DNA of 64,000 nt. Source: Candidatus Marinacidobacterales bacterium (GTDB lineage Bacteria > Acidobacteriota > Vicinamibacteria > Marinacidobacterales > SMYC01). The stretch is from the NCBI GenBank assembly GCA_965224085.1, contig CBDCYI010000004.1, positions 64,001 to 128,000 on the forward strand, read 5' to 3'. Shown piece after piece: positions 53,497 to 64,000 of this stretch; the stretch's first letter is position 1, and every line of letters starts with the position of its first letter. The translations under genes and the position numbers were made by a program. The notes beneath the pieces are model-generated. The model was not told the DNA's origin. It did no database searches and saw only the letters and a program-made list of their open reading frames with translations.

Positions 53497-54860
53497 ATGA
53501 AGACGGTCATGATCCTGGCACTCTTGCTCGTCCCAGCCCTTTACGCTCAGACGCCGCGGCGTCCGACGCCGGAGCAGCGACTTTTCGAGTGGACGGATCT
53601 GCAGTTCTCGAAAGGCGTCTATCAGCGCCGGCGCGGCAAGATGCTCGCGCGCCTGCGGCAATCGGGAGGGGGCGTCCTGATCGTGCCGGCTCGCTACGGT
53701 GTCTCGGACGGTTTCACTTTTCGCAGTCGGACGACTTCCTCTACCTCACTGGGCTCGAGCTACCAGACGCCGTGCTCGTACTCGACGCCGACGCTCAGAC
53801 GGTGGTCGTCTTCAGCCCGGAGCGAGACGCGCGCTACGCGAACTCATCGAGGATGAACGACTTTCCTGGACGCCTTCTTGCGGCCGACCCGGACGCTTCG
53901 ACGCGGTCAGGGATCGCGGCCTTTCGCTCCGAGTCCGAGCTTTCGACGGCCGTCGAGGCATGGGTCACACGCGGAAAGACCTTGCGCGTCAACTTGGGGC
54001 GTCGAGGCGCCATTCCTCGCGTCACATCGGACTTCGTTGCCAAGTGGAGCGCCGCCGAAGCCCTCGTCTTTCATTTGCAGAACAACTATCGAGAAGCATC
54101 GATCGCGAATGCTTTCGAAGACATGGCCCGGCTGCGCATGGTCCACGGCCCGGAAGAAATCGACGCGATGCGCCGGGTGTGTGCTCTCACGATCCAAGCT
54201 ATTCGCCACGCGGCGAGTTTCGTCCGCGACGGCATAGATGAGCGCGGGCTCGCGGCTGAGCTCGAGGCCGCTTACAAGCGCGGAGGCGCTCAACGCTTGG
54301 CCTTCGCCTCGATTGTGAAGTCGGGCCCGAACTCGCTCTGGCCTTGGCGCATCCTGGCGGCCAATCACGATCGCCGCAATCGCGTCATGAGGAATGGAGA
54401 CCTCGTCGTATTCGATGTGGGAACCGAGCTCGATTACTATGTGAGTGACGTCGGCCGCACGTTTCCTGTTTCGGGGAAATTCACGCCGCGGCAACGACGA
54501 GCTCTCGAAATGGCGACCGCTGTGTCCGATACGATCATCGCAGCCATCCGCCCGGGCGTGAGATTCGCGGAGCTCAAAGACATCGCGGTCGCGAAGATCC
54601 CGCTCGAAGAGCGGCGCTACATGCAGGCCGGTGGCTTCTATGGACACCACATCGGACTTTCGACCGGCGACCCGGCACTGGTCGACGTCCCTCTCGAGGC
54701 CGGAATGATCTTCACGGTGGAGCCGTGGTACTATAATCACGACGACGATCTATCGGTTTTCGTCGAAGATGTCATCCTCGTCACCGAAGAAGGACACGAG
54801 AACTTGACCTCAGCGCTTCCTCGTGACCCGGACGGACTCGAAGCGATCACGGAGAACTAG
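53497..54860 (+). CDS. Xaa-Pro aminopeptidase (M24), 1-bp frameshift near 53722
   Basis: Signal peptide, Q.DDFLYLTG, DVG..YVSDVGRT, GHHIG, TVEP and EDVIL. Confidence 0.85.
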
Positions 54861-54900
54861 CTGTTCTTTTATTCACGAACCGTTGACGAGGAGACAAGCT

Positions 54901-55248
54901 ATGACCATAGAGCGCCACGAAGTGGGACCCCGAATGAGCCAATGCGTCGTGCACAACGACGTCGTGTACCTCGCCGGCCAAGTGGACGGCGAGGCATCGC
55001 CGACAGCCGCGCAGCAGACGAAGAACATTCTCGATCGAATCGATGCGCTGCTGTCGACGGCGGGCACCGACAAGACCAAGCTTCTTACTGCCACGATCTG
55101 GCTCTCCGACATGCGCTTCTTCGCGGAAATGAACGGTGTCTGGGATACGTGGGTGAGCCCGGGCAATCCCCCTGCGCGCGCCTGCGTTGAGGCTCGGCTC
55201 GCCAAGACCGAGTTCCTCGTCGAGATACGCGTCGCGGCCGCGCGTTAA
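54901..55248 (+). CDS. RidA/YoaB-family protein
   Basis: RMSQCVVH, YLAGQV, MNGVWD.W and PARACVEA. Confidence 0.9.
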   Translation: MTIERHEVGPRMSQCVVHNDVVYLAGQVDGEASPTAAQQTKNILDRIDALLSTAGTDKTKLLTATIWLSDMRFFAEMNGVWDTWVSPGNPPARACVEARLAKTEFLVEIRVAAAR

Positions 55249-55444
55249 TTCGAGAGCAAACCGCATCTCTGATATCTGAAGCATCGCACAGCAGCCGACT
55301 CCGCGTTCCGAGCACTTGAACGGAAGGTTCGCTCATGAAACGTATAAGAGTGTTGGCTCGGTCGAAGGCTCCACACTTCACGAAATTTCGCGCGACAAGC
55401 CCCTTGTGCCGGTCATGGCCAATGCCATCGTCATCGGAAAGACC

Positions 55445-56686
55445 TCACGCGAAGAGGTCGCTTTTTTGTGCCTCGAGCGTTTCCGCCCCTCGAGCCACGA
55501 GCGCAGCTACGATCCAGAGATTGATCGCGTTGAACAACAGACCGGCAGCGAAGGCTCCTCGATAGGCGCCCGTGATGTCGAAGACCACGCCTCCGAGCCA
55601 ACTACCGATCGCCATGCCGACGGCGCCAAAGAAATAGACGGTCGCGAGCCGCCAACCCATGGAGCCGGGAGGAAAATGCTCGCTTATGATGAGCGCATAG
55701 CTCGGGATGATGCCTCCAAAGGCGAGGCCAAAGAGTCCCGAGATTACGTAGAGGCCGACGAGGCTATCGACCGCAAGATACATGGCGAGAATCAAGGCCT
55801 GGCAGAGAGAGCCAATCAACAACACGCGGAGCGCGCCAATGCGATCGCCGACCGCGCCCCAGGCGATCCTGCTGAAGAAAGCACAGCCCAAGAGCACCGC
55901 GAGCATTTCGGGAGCCCTCGCAAGCGGGTAGCCGAGGTCGGTCGCATGGGATACCACGTGCACGATCGGCATGGCCATGGCCACGCAACAGCAGACAATG
56001 GCGATGCTGAGCAAGACGAGAACATTGCTCTGCGTTAGGCCGAGGATTTGGGCATCAGACGCGCTCACCTCCCGCTTGTGTCCCTTGGGCGCTATCGGCG
56101 CCGGACGTCGGAGCAGTAAACTCAAGGGAACCATGGTGACGAGAGCCACGAGCGCGTATACCCGGTACGCTTCTCGCCAGTTGGACCCTTCGATGAGGAG
56201 CTGGAACGTGGAGGGCCAAAAGACGCCCGCGAGGGCTTGCGCGCTCGTAACGATGGCCACGGCGATGCCGCGCCGGCGGTCGAACCAGCGCGCCGTGTTG
56301 GCGATGAGCGGCGAGAACAAAGCCGCGTTACCGAGCAGGCCGATCAAGACGCCGTGGGCCAGTAAAAATGTCCATCGATCCGTCGTGATGCTCGCCGTCA
56401 ACGCACCCGCAATGATCATAAGAGCGCCAAGGAGCGCCGGCGTGCCGACGCCCACCCGATCCGACCATCTGCCGATGAAGATGCCGCCGAGCCCCATTCC
56501 AAAAACGGACATCGAATAAGCCATCGACGGTACCCATCGCAGCCCTCCGAAATCCTGAGCCACAAGCTTTAGACCGACGATCACCACGTAGTAACCGCCG
56601 GCGCCGACCGTCATCAACAGAAGCGAGCCCGCGACCACGACCCAGCCATAAGGCCGCTCGACGCTTTCCCGAGCTTGGAACACCGT
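55445..56686 (-). CDS. MFS transporter (start uncertain)
   Basis: YGWVVV, G.WSDR.G, WFDRRRG.A and about 12 TM segments. Confidence 0.85.
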   Translation of the reverse strand, partial: TVFQARESVERPYGWVVVAGSLLLMTVGAGGYYVVIVGLKLVAQDFGGLRWVPSMAYSMSVFGMGLGGIFIGRWSDRVGVGTPALLGALMIIAGALTASITTDRWTFLLAHGVLIGLLGNAALFSPLIANTARWFDRRRGIAVAIVTSAQALAGVFWPSTFQLLIEGSNWREAYRVYALVALVTMVPLSLLLRRPAPIAPKGHKREVSASDAQILGLTQSNVLVLLSIAIVCCCVAMAMPIVHVVSHATDLGYPLARAPEMLAVLLGCAFFSRIAWGAVGDRIGALRVLLIGSLCQALILAMYLAVDSLVGLYVISGLFGLAFGGIIPSYALIISEHFPPGSMGWRLATVYFFGAVGMAIGSWLGGVVFDITGAYRGAFAAGLLFNAINLWIVAALVARGAETLEAQKSDLFA

Positions 56687-56811
56687 GCGGATGATAGTCG
56701 CCGGACTTCGACTTTGTCGAGAAGAAAGCCAATACGATGGAATACTGCCCAAGTTCCCTCCGCGCTTATTGGGAGTTGCGGCGACCGCCCATAGGCGCTT
56801 AGATTCAGCCT

Positions 56812-58257
56812 ATGAACCTTTCCCACTGGCTCCACCGCGCGAAGGCCGCCATCGGCATTGCCATGGTTCTTGGTCTCCCCGAGCTCCCCGCGGCCGCGAA
56901 CGACGACGGGAGCACCTGGCCTCGTTTTCGAGGCCCCGAGTCGATGCCCGTCGCCAACCATCCCAACCTTCCGGAGCGTTGGTCGACCACCGAGAACGTC
57001 GAGTGGGTCGCGGAGGTTCCGGGCGTCGGCTGGTCCTCGCCCGTCGTCTGGAACGGAAAGATCTTTCTGACGGCCGCCACTAGCGAGCAGCCGATGAAAC
57101 AACCGTCGCTGGGGACCGATTTCAGCAACGAGTACGTCGCCGCGCTGCGGGCGGAAGGGCTTTCCTCGGAGGAGACGAACGCACGGCTCTACGCGCGCGA
57201 CCGCGAGATGCCGCATGAGATCGTCATCCGTCTCTTGCTCTATTGTTATGAGCTCGAGACGGGCAAGCTGTTGTGGGAGCGAGTGGTTTATCACGGCAAT
57301 CCGCCGGGGGGACGACACCGCAAGAACAGTTTCGCGTCGGAGACGCCGGTCACGGACGGCGAGCGTGTGTACGTCTACTTTGGCCATCTCGGCCTCTACG
57401 CCTACGACTTCGAAGGCCGTCAAGCTTGGGCCACTCCGTTGAAGCTCTATCAGAAAGTCCGCGATTTCGGGACCGGGGCCTCTCCCGCTTTGCACGGGAA
57501 CAGCGTTTTCGTCTTGAACGACAACGAGGACCAAGGCTTCATCGCCGCGTTCGACAAGCGCACCGGAAAGGAGCTTTGGCGCACGGCTCGGGACGTTGGA
57601 GAACGAAGGAAGACGGGTTGGTCGACCCCTTTCGTATGGGAGAACGTGTTACGCACCGAGCTCGTGACGGTCGGCCCCGGCGCGGTTATCAGCTACGGCC
57701 TCGACGGCCGCGAGCTCTGGCGGATGAAGCGCCTCGCGGTGGTCACCATCCAAACTCCCTTTGCTTGGAATGGTCGCCTCTTCGTGACCTCGGGCAGCGC
57801 GGGCGAGCAAAACAAGCCCATCGCCGTCATTCGTCCAGGGGGCTCGGGAGACATTACCCCGCCGGAGCGGGTGAACAAGAACGAGCACGTCGTGTGGTAC
57901 AACCGGCTCGCCGGGGGCACTTACCTCCCGACACCGCTGATCTACGACCGCGCTCTCTATGTGCTCTACGCGAAAGGTATCTTCGCGCGCTTCGACGTCG
58001 AGACGGGCGAGCGCGTGTTCCGCGCCCGCATCGCTCCCGGCGCGGCGGCGTTCACGGCTTCGCCCTGGGCCTATAACGGAAAAGTCTTCACGATGAGTGA
58101 GGAAGGGGACACCTTCGTGATCGAAGCCGGCGAAGAGTATCGGTTGCTGGGGGTCAATTCGCTGAACGAGTGGGCGATGGCGAGCCCGGCGATCGTCGGC
58201 GACCGGTTGTTGATCCGCACTCAACGTCGTCTTTATTCCATCCGCAACCTTCCATAG
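56812..58257 (+). CDS. PQQ-like beta-propeller protein
   Basis: WPRFRGP, GWSSPVVW, ASETPVTDG, ASPWA and LLIRT. Confidence 0.88.
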   Translation: MNLSHWLHRAKAAIGIAMVLGLPELPAAANDDGSTWPRFRGPESMPVANHPNLPERWSTTENVEWVAEVPGVGWSSPVVWNGKIFLTAATSEQPMKQPSLGTDFSNEYVAALRAEGLSSEETNARLYARDREMPHEIVIRLLLYCYELETGKLLWERVVYHGNPPGGRHRKNSFASETPVTDGERVYVYFGHLGLYAYDFEGRQAWATPLKLYQKVRDFGTGASPALHGNSVFVLNDNEDQGFIAAFDKRTGKELWRTARDVGERRKTGWSTPFVWENVLRTELVTVGPGAVISYGLDGRELWRMKRLAVVTIQTPFAWNGRLFVTSGSAGEQNKPIAVIRPGGSGDITPPERVNKNEHVVWYNRLAGGTYLPTPLIYDRALYVLYAKGIFARFDVETGERVFRARIAPGAAAFTASPWAYNGKVFTMSEEGDTFVIEAGEEYRLLGVNSLNEWAMASPAIVGDRLLIRTQRRLYSIRNLP

Positions 58258-58545
58258 ATTCCATCGAAAGCCGCCGTCCAGCTCGTGCCGCCTTCTGGGA
58301 GGCTTCGTGCGGAGCCCTCTTCTCGCGGCGTCCTAATATGCGGTTGATGGGAGACGTTCGGTTCGCGTCGATGAACAACCCGCTCACGCGGCCGAACTGC
58401 TCGTATCGAGTAGGTTGCCGTCCTGATCGAAAATCTGGATCCGATGGTTCCCCTTGAGCCGGATTCTGGTACAGCGCTCGTCGAGAAGCAAATTCTCTTG
58501 CCCAGTGCTTGCGCTTCCGGCGAAGGGGGATTTATCCTCGCCGCC

Positions 58546-59840
58546 ATGCGGGTCCTTCGCCGACGCAGCCTCGAACCGCCTCGCCTCCTGCAGACGGTCC
58601 GACGTATTGGAATTCTGCTCACCTGCGTCCTACTCGTCTTTCTGCTCATCTGTGTCACGCTTCTCGCGCTGGCGCCCCATCGACTCGAGACGCCCGCGCG
58701 TATTTCGAGCACCGATGAGCTCACAGCGTTCCTCGCGCGTCTCGTCGCCACCGAAAACCCTCCCGGCCTCTCTGTGGCCGTCGTGAAAGATGACGAACTC
58801 GTCTACCAGCGCGCGTTCGGCTTCGCCGACGGCCCCGCAAGTATCGAGGCGAAACCCGAATCGATCTATCGGTGGTGGTCTCTCACGAAGATTCTGACGG
58901 CGATGGCCATTTTTCAGCTTCACGAGCGCGGACAGCTCGACATAGAGGATGAAGTTGCCAGTACTTGCCTTTTTTTCAAACCACGTTCCGTGGCGAAGAG
59001 GCTCCTCAAATACGACTGCGACAGCTCCTGAACCACAGCTCGGGGCTTCCAAACTTGAGGCTCGAAGTACTTCGCTGGATGCATCCCGAAGACGGGACGG
59101 GAAGCAACGCGAACGAGCTCCTTGGGGAGAACTTCGAGCGCTTCTCGCGTCTCAGAGCGAGTCCCGGCCGCCGAGGCCGCTATTCCAACTTCGGCTACTT
59201 GGTGCTGGGAGCCGTTGTGGAAAAAGTGTCGGGTCAGAGCTACGAGGACTACGTCGTCGAGAACATTCTGAAGCCACTCGGCATGGAACTCACGGGTTTC
59301 ACGATCGGCGAGGCGATGCGACCTTACATCGCGGCGGGCTGTCATCCACTCGTCAACTTCCAGACCATTTTTCTCCCAGCGATCCGCAATGTCGACGCCT
59401 ACGTTCAGGAAATCGAGAACGGTCGCATCTGGTTGGCGCCTTTTTATCTCGACGCGAACGCTTATGGTGGCGCCATGGGACCGGTGACGGACGCGACAAA
59501 GCTGCTTCGGGCCTTGCTCAATGAAGGAACGCTCGAAGGCCGGTCCGTTCTCGCCCCCGCGACAGCGCGCATGATGCTGCAAGGAGGCCGGGTTCGCGCC
59601 GGGCCGAGCAGCGTCGCGCCTCCGTACTATCGGCGTGCCGGGATGGAGCACGGCCTGGGCTTTTGGGTCTTTCCCTCGCAAGAGGGTGAGCGATACGAGC
59701 ATACCGGAGCCGGTCTGGGTTTCGCGACGCTGTTCCGGCTCTACCCGGAGCAACGCCTCGCCATAGCTCTTCTTGCGAACGGCACGTCACTCGACCGCGA
59801 AGGAATTGCCGACCGGCTCTTCGAGCTATTCCGGGAATAA
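58546..59840 (+). CDS. serine hydrolase (beta-lactamase family), 1-bp frameshift near 58961; start uncertain
   Basis: SLTK (SxxK), LLNHSSG, YSN and HTG motifs across two frames. Confidence 0.8.
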
Positions 59841-59894
59841 TGGGCTGTCGTGTCGCCGCTGGTGTAGCGTTTATGATGCGCGAGGGAGGTGCCC

Positions 59895-60819
59895 ATTGCG
59901 GTTTTCAATCTTCCTGATGGCACTGTGCTTTTTGCAAAGCTCGCCGGTCCGCGCGGACGGCGACAACACGATCTTCGAGTTGGGGGACTTCGCTTTCGAA
60001 AGCGGAGTGACGCTGCCCAACGCACGCTTGTCCTACGTGACCTGTGGAGCTCTGAACGAGAGCAAGACCAACGTGGTTCTCCTGCCCTCCTGGTATCTCA
60101 CGGCGCAGGAGCCGATTCGCGTCTTCGCGGCGGCGAGCTTGACCGACGCGCTGGCCACCGCTATAGCCGATTTCCACGAGGCGCACCCTTCGTCGCGCGT
60201 CGTGCCTCAGTTCGGTGCGTCGAGTGATCTCGCGCGTCAGATTCTCGCCGGGGCGCCCGCGGACCTGTTCTTCTCGGCGGACCAGCGGCAGCTGGATCGG
60301 GTCGCGGCGGTAGGACTCATCCTGAAAGGGGGACGCGCGGACGTGCTCTCGAACGAGCTCGTCGTCGTGCGCCATCGCGAAGAGCCCGACACGGTGGACG
60401 GCCTCGCGGATCTCGAGACGTTCGGCCGTATCGCTATGGCAGATCCGCAGATCGTCCCGGCCGGCGTCTACGCCCGGCTGTTTCTCGAGAGCCAAGGCCA
60501 TTGGGTACGCCTTCAGGAAAAGGTCGTCCCGACCCTCGACGTCCGAGGGGCGCTCGCGGCGGTAGCGAGCGGCAACGTCGAGGCCGGATTCGTCTACCGC
60601 ACCGATGCTGCCATCGAGGATCGCGTGAAGATCGTCTACACCGTGCCGCGGGAGGAGGGGCCACGGATCTTGTACTCGCTCGGAATTATAGAGGGTCGCA
60701 AGCGGCACGAGGTCCATGCGCTCTACGACTTCTTGAGGTCAGAGGCGGGGGGCGAAGTTTTTGCGAAATTCGGATTCGTCTCTCTCGGCGATGCGGAGGC
60801 GGTTTCGAGAGTCCCATGA
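59895..60819 (+). CDS. in-frame chimera: MetX-like alpha/beta-hydrolase N-terminus + molybdate-binding ModA body
   Basis: ELGDFAFESGVTLPNARLSYVT.GALN...NVVLLPSWY, then VFAAASL, FGASSDLARQI and VPAGVYA; junction near 60095. Confidence 0.7.
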
Positions 60820-61548
60820 GGGGTGCACGACATGCTCGCCAGATTCTCGAGCTCGGAGAGTTTTAGCCACCACCTAATGAGTTGCTTGAAACGCTCGCTT
60901 GGATGCGGTAACTCCTAGCTTGGCGGAGGCTAGGAGGTTCCAATGAACGCACGGACTGCCTATCGTGGTCTCGGCGTGTGCGCCGTGGTGCTCGTTTCCG
61001 CTGCCGCGGTCGCGCAGAGAAACGGCCAACCGGCCAGCGACCAGCTCGGACAAGAAGACATCTGGGGGAACCCGACATTCGTTTTAGGGGTCAACAACGG
61101 AGGGCCGGCGGGCCACAGCGTGTGGTGACCGCCTCAGGCGGCGCTGGATCGCGTCCATCAACGACTCTTTATCGCCGGCAACGGCGAGTCGAGGTCCGCT
61201 GCATGACGATCAGGGCGCGCGCGTCGGCAACTCGGAAAAAGTGATAGGCGCCGGTGAGAGCGTGAGTTTTCCGGCGAGTGATGTGGGGAGCGTCCAAACC
61301 GGCTCGTTGCGGGTTCACTCAGAGCACGAGTTCTTCATAAGCGCGACTCGGTTCGCGAAAAACACTCGCCGAGAGTCCATCCTCGCCGCGGCCCCGGTTG
61401 CGACGCAGAGGCGGCGGCGCGAGCCTCCGGTTCTTCTCACGCGACGGCGAAGAGATGGCGGTGATCCTTCGATAACGTGAGTCGCTGTCGCTTTGTTCCA
61501 TCTCTTTTCGACAGCATATACTTCGCGCGATTCTTGAAAGGAGCGAGC

Positions 61549-64000
61549 ATGAATTCACTCCGAGTGGCTACGGTAAATTTGGCTTTGTTGCTCTTGATGA
61601 GCTCTCGTGCGTCTGCACAAGAAAAAGTTCATTGGGACGTCGTTGCCAAGATTAGAGAAGAGAGCTCCGAACGTCCGCAGGTAATGGATCATATCTGGTA
61701 CTTGAGCGACGTCATCGGTCCTAGATTGGCAGGCTCTGCCAGCATCGGTAAAGCCCAGCTATGGGCTCGAGCCAAAATGGATGAAATGGGACTGACGAGC
61801 ACGGCTCTCGAGCCTTGGGGGGAAACGGGTGTTAGCTGGGAGCAAAAATACACTTCGATCCACATGCTCGAACCGACTTATCAACCGATCATCGGATACC
61901 CCTACGCGTTCTCCCCTGGAACGAATGGCAAAATTGCTGGAAGTCCAGTGATAGTCGATATCCAAAGCAAGGAAGACTTGGAGAAATACCGTGGCAAATT
62001 GAGCGGTGCCATTGTGCTGGCCCATCCGGAGAAGCTCATCAACGAACGTTTTACTGCCGATGCCGTTCGCCATGATGAAGAATCGCTCGCTGCTTACGCG
62101 GCAACGGGCACGAACATCAACTTCCAACGTAGGCAGCAGGCGCCGTGGTGGCAGTTGAGCCCACCGGAGGACGTCACAGAAGAAGAGCTCGAACAGTTTT
62201 TCAAATCTGAGAACGTCTCGGTCGTACTGAATCCGGGAAGGGGTGGAGACGGAACGGTTCGCGTTGGCGGTCGTCAGGGTTACAGAGGCGACATGACGGT
62301 GCAAAATATCGAGAACGCCGTTCCCTGGCTAGTACTCGTTCCTGAGCACTACAACCGGGTCTATCGGCTCACCAAGAAAGAAATCCCAGTTCAACTAGAG
62401 ATTGAAGTCACCTTAGAAATCTCGGAAGAACTTACAGAATTCGTCAACGTAGTGGGCGAGATCCCGGGCACCGATCTCGCCCATGAAGTCGTGATGATAG
62501 GCGCCCACCTTGATTCATGGCATACAGCAACGGGGACTTCCGACAATGCCGCCGGTGTCTCGGTAGCCCTAGAAGCTATGCGCATTCTCAAATCCATCGG
62601 CGCAGAGCCACGTCGTACCATACGCATAGCTCTCTGGGACTCTGAGGAAATGGGCCACAAAGGCTCGGTAGCCTACGTTGCCAAACATTTTGGCAATCCG
62701 CGAGATGGGATAAAGCCGGCATATGACGACTTCTCCGTATACTTCAACTCAGATAATGGCGCGGGACAATTTCGCGGCGTTCACAGGCAAGGCAATGAGC
62801 TCGTCGCCCCCATTTTCGATGCGTGGATGAAGCCTTTCTATGACCTCAACGTCGAGACCCTAACCAAGTTCAGCAATACCGGCTCGGACCAAGTTAATTT
62901 CGACAGAGCCGGACTGCCTGGCTTTCAATTTCTTCAAGACCGGCTCGCTTATTGGACCAGAAGATGGCACTACAACATGGACTTTTATGACCATGTTATT
63001 CCAGCGGATTTGAAAACCAACGCAGCCGTGATGGCAACCTTTGCCTACCACGCCGCCATGCGTGACGAGAAGATTCCGAGAAAGATATTCAAGGATTGGA
63101 ACCCCGAGCTTACGTTGTTACAAGAGGACGTTTTCAAGGATGGAAACACTTTCACGAATGCCGTCGCAGATTTCGACAATGACGGAGACCTCGACATCTT
63201 CGTGGGGTTCGGAGACAAGCCAAACCGTCTCTACCGGAACGACAATGGAATTTTTGCTGATATTGCGAAGGAAGTCGGGCTTGCGGATTCCGACGTGACT
63301 CGAGCCTCTGCCTGGGGAGACTATAACGCCGACGGCCATCTCGACTTGTTCGTTGGGTTCGTATCTCGCACCCAGAGCAGGAACAAGCTTTACCGAAATG
63401 ACGGGGATGGCAAGCATTTCACCGATGTAACGCAATCGTCCGGTGTTCAGCTGAGCGGCAGTTTTCGCCAGGCCAGCTGGGTCGACTATGACAATGATCG
63501 CGATCTCGATCTATTCGTCGCCTTAAGAGATCAACAGAACGTTCTTTTTCGAAATGATAGCGGGAAGTTCACCAATGTCGCAGGAACACTAGGCGTTGAT
63601 GACCCGCGCCGAACGGTAGGTGCCGCTTGGTTTGATTTCGATCAGGATGGGGATCTAGACCTTTTCGTCGCGAATATGGATGGCGACGCCAATGGTTTGT
63701 TTCGCAATGACGGCGCGATGTTTGTAGATGTTGCCACGGAATTAGGCGTTGAATCTGGAGGAAGGCCGCTAGGGATGTCCAGCTACGGAAGTGTCAGACC
63801 CAGCCTCGCCGACTTCGACAATGACGGCCATATGGATATTTTTCTCGCCAACTACGGACCGAATGGACTCTACAAGAACGAGAATGGTACCGCTTTCGTC
63901 AACGTCGGCCCGAAACTCGGTTTAGCGATCGACGGAAGATATGACACGGGAACGTGGGGAGACCATAACAACGATGGGTATCCAGACCTTTATGTCAACG
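61549..64000 (+). CDS. secreted M28 peptidase fused to FG-GAP/CRTAC1-like repeats; runs off the window end
   Basis: One open frame from the ATG at 61549; GAHLDSW, SDNAAG, W.SEE; from about 63150 repeated D(F/Y)DNDGDLDLFV motifs. Confidence 0.85.
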   Translation, partial: MNSLRVATVNLALLLLMSSRASAQEKVHWDVVAKIREESSERPQVMDHIWYLSDVIGPRLAGSASIGKAQLWARAKMDEMGLTSTALEPWGETGVSWEQKYTSIHMLEPTYQPIIGYPYAFSPGTNGKIAGSPVIVDIQSKEDLEKYRGKLSGAIVLAHPEKLINERFTADAVRHDEESLAAYAATGTNINFQRRQQAPWWQLSPPEDVTEEELEQFFKSENVSVVLNPGRGGDGTVRVGGRQGYRGDMTVQNIENAVPWLVLVPEHYNRVYRLTKKEIPVQLEIEVTLEISEELTEFVNVVGEIPGTDLAHEVVMIGAHLDSWHTATGTSDNAAGVSVALEAMRILKSIGAEPRRTIRIALWDSEEMGHKGSVAYVAKHFGNPRDGIKPAYDDFSVYFNSDNGAGQFRGVHRQGNELVAPIFDAWMKPFYDLNVETLTKFSNTGSDQVNFDRAGLPGFQFLQDRLAYWTRRWHYNMDFYDHVIPADLKTNAAVMATFAYHAAMRDEKIPRKIFKDWNPELTLLQEDVFKDGNTFTNAVADFDNDGDLDIFVGFGDKPNRLYRNDNGIFADIAKEVGLADSDVTRASAWGDYNADGHLDLFVGFVSRTQSRNKLYRNDGDGKHFTDVTQSSGVQLSGSFRQASWVDYDNDRDLDLFVALRDQQNVLFRNDSGKFTNVAGTLGVDDPRRTVGAAWFDFDQDGDLDLFVANMDGDANGLFRNDGAMFVDVATELGVESGGRPLGMSSYGSVRPSLADFDNDGHMDIFLANYGPNGLYKNENGTAFVNVGPKLGLAIDGRYDTGTWGDHNNDGYPDLYVN

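Noticed and set aside
60820-61500. Short ORFs between modA and the M28 gene; likewise 41990-42210 and 34135-34490
   Set aside because: Probably gene fragments, but no family or structure could be recognised

Overview
GC-rich bacterial chromosomal DNA. Gene content and style suggest Acidobacteriota (DUF1592/DUF1552 cluster, PQQ-type propellers, many sigma54 regulators); this is inference only. Housekeeping and accessory blocks: 2-oxoacid:ferredoxin oxidoreductase, Ku plus ATP-dependent ligase (NHEJ), tdk operon, ccsA-hemACDL, an iscA/Rrf2 Fe-S locus, sigma54 two-component systems, clpB/dnaK, kynA, peptidases and transporters. Mobile DNA: two IS5-family (IS903-like) copies, an IS200 remnant, a 3.1 kb segment bounded by 21-bp inverted repeats that holds phage remnants, and an atypical tRNA-Met. 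Features the ORF track misses: (1) a sigma54-driven three-hairpin small RNA with C-rich loops at about 32107-32230; (2) two probable selenoproteins (AhpD-like CxxU and ArsM-like) whose UGAs are followed by hairpins with a GGA loop at the same +18..+20 position; (3) a reconstructable 1.3 kb inversion that splits two genes, and a second inversion-plus-deletion that splits a metC-like gene; (4) about ten deletion junctions and many 1-bp frameshifts. The scars in (3) and (4) may be real end-joining decay or amplification/assembly artefacts; sequence alone cannot separate these. No CRISPR array or rRNA was seen.
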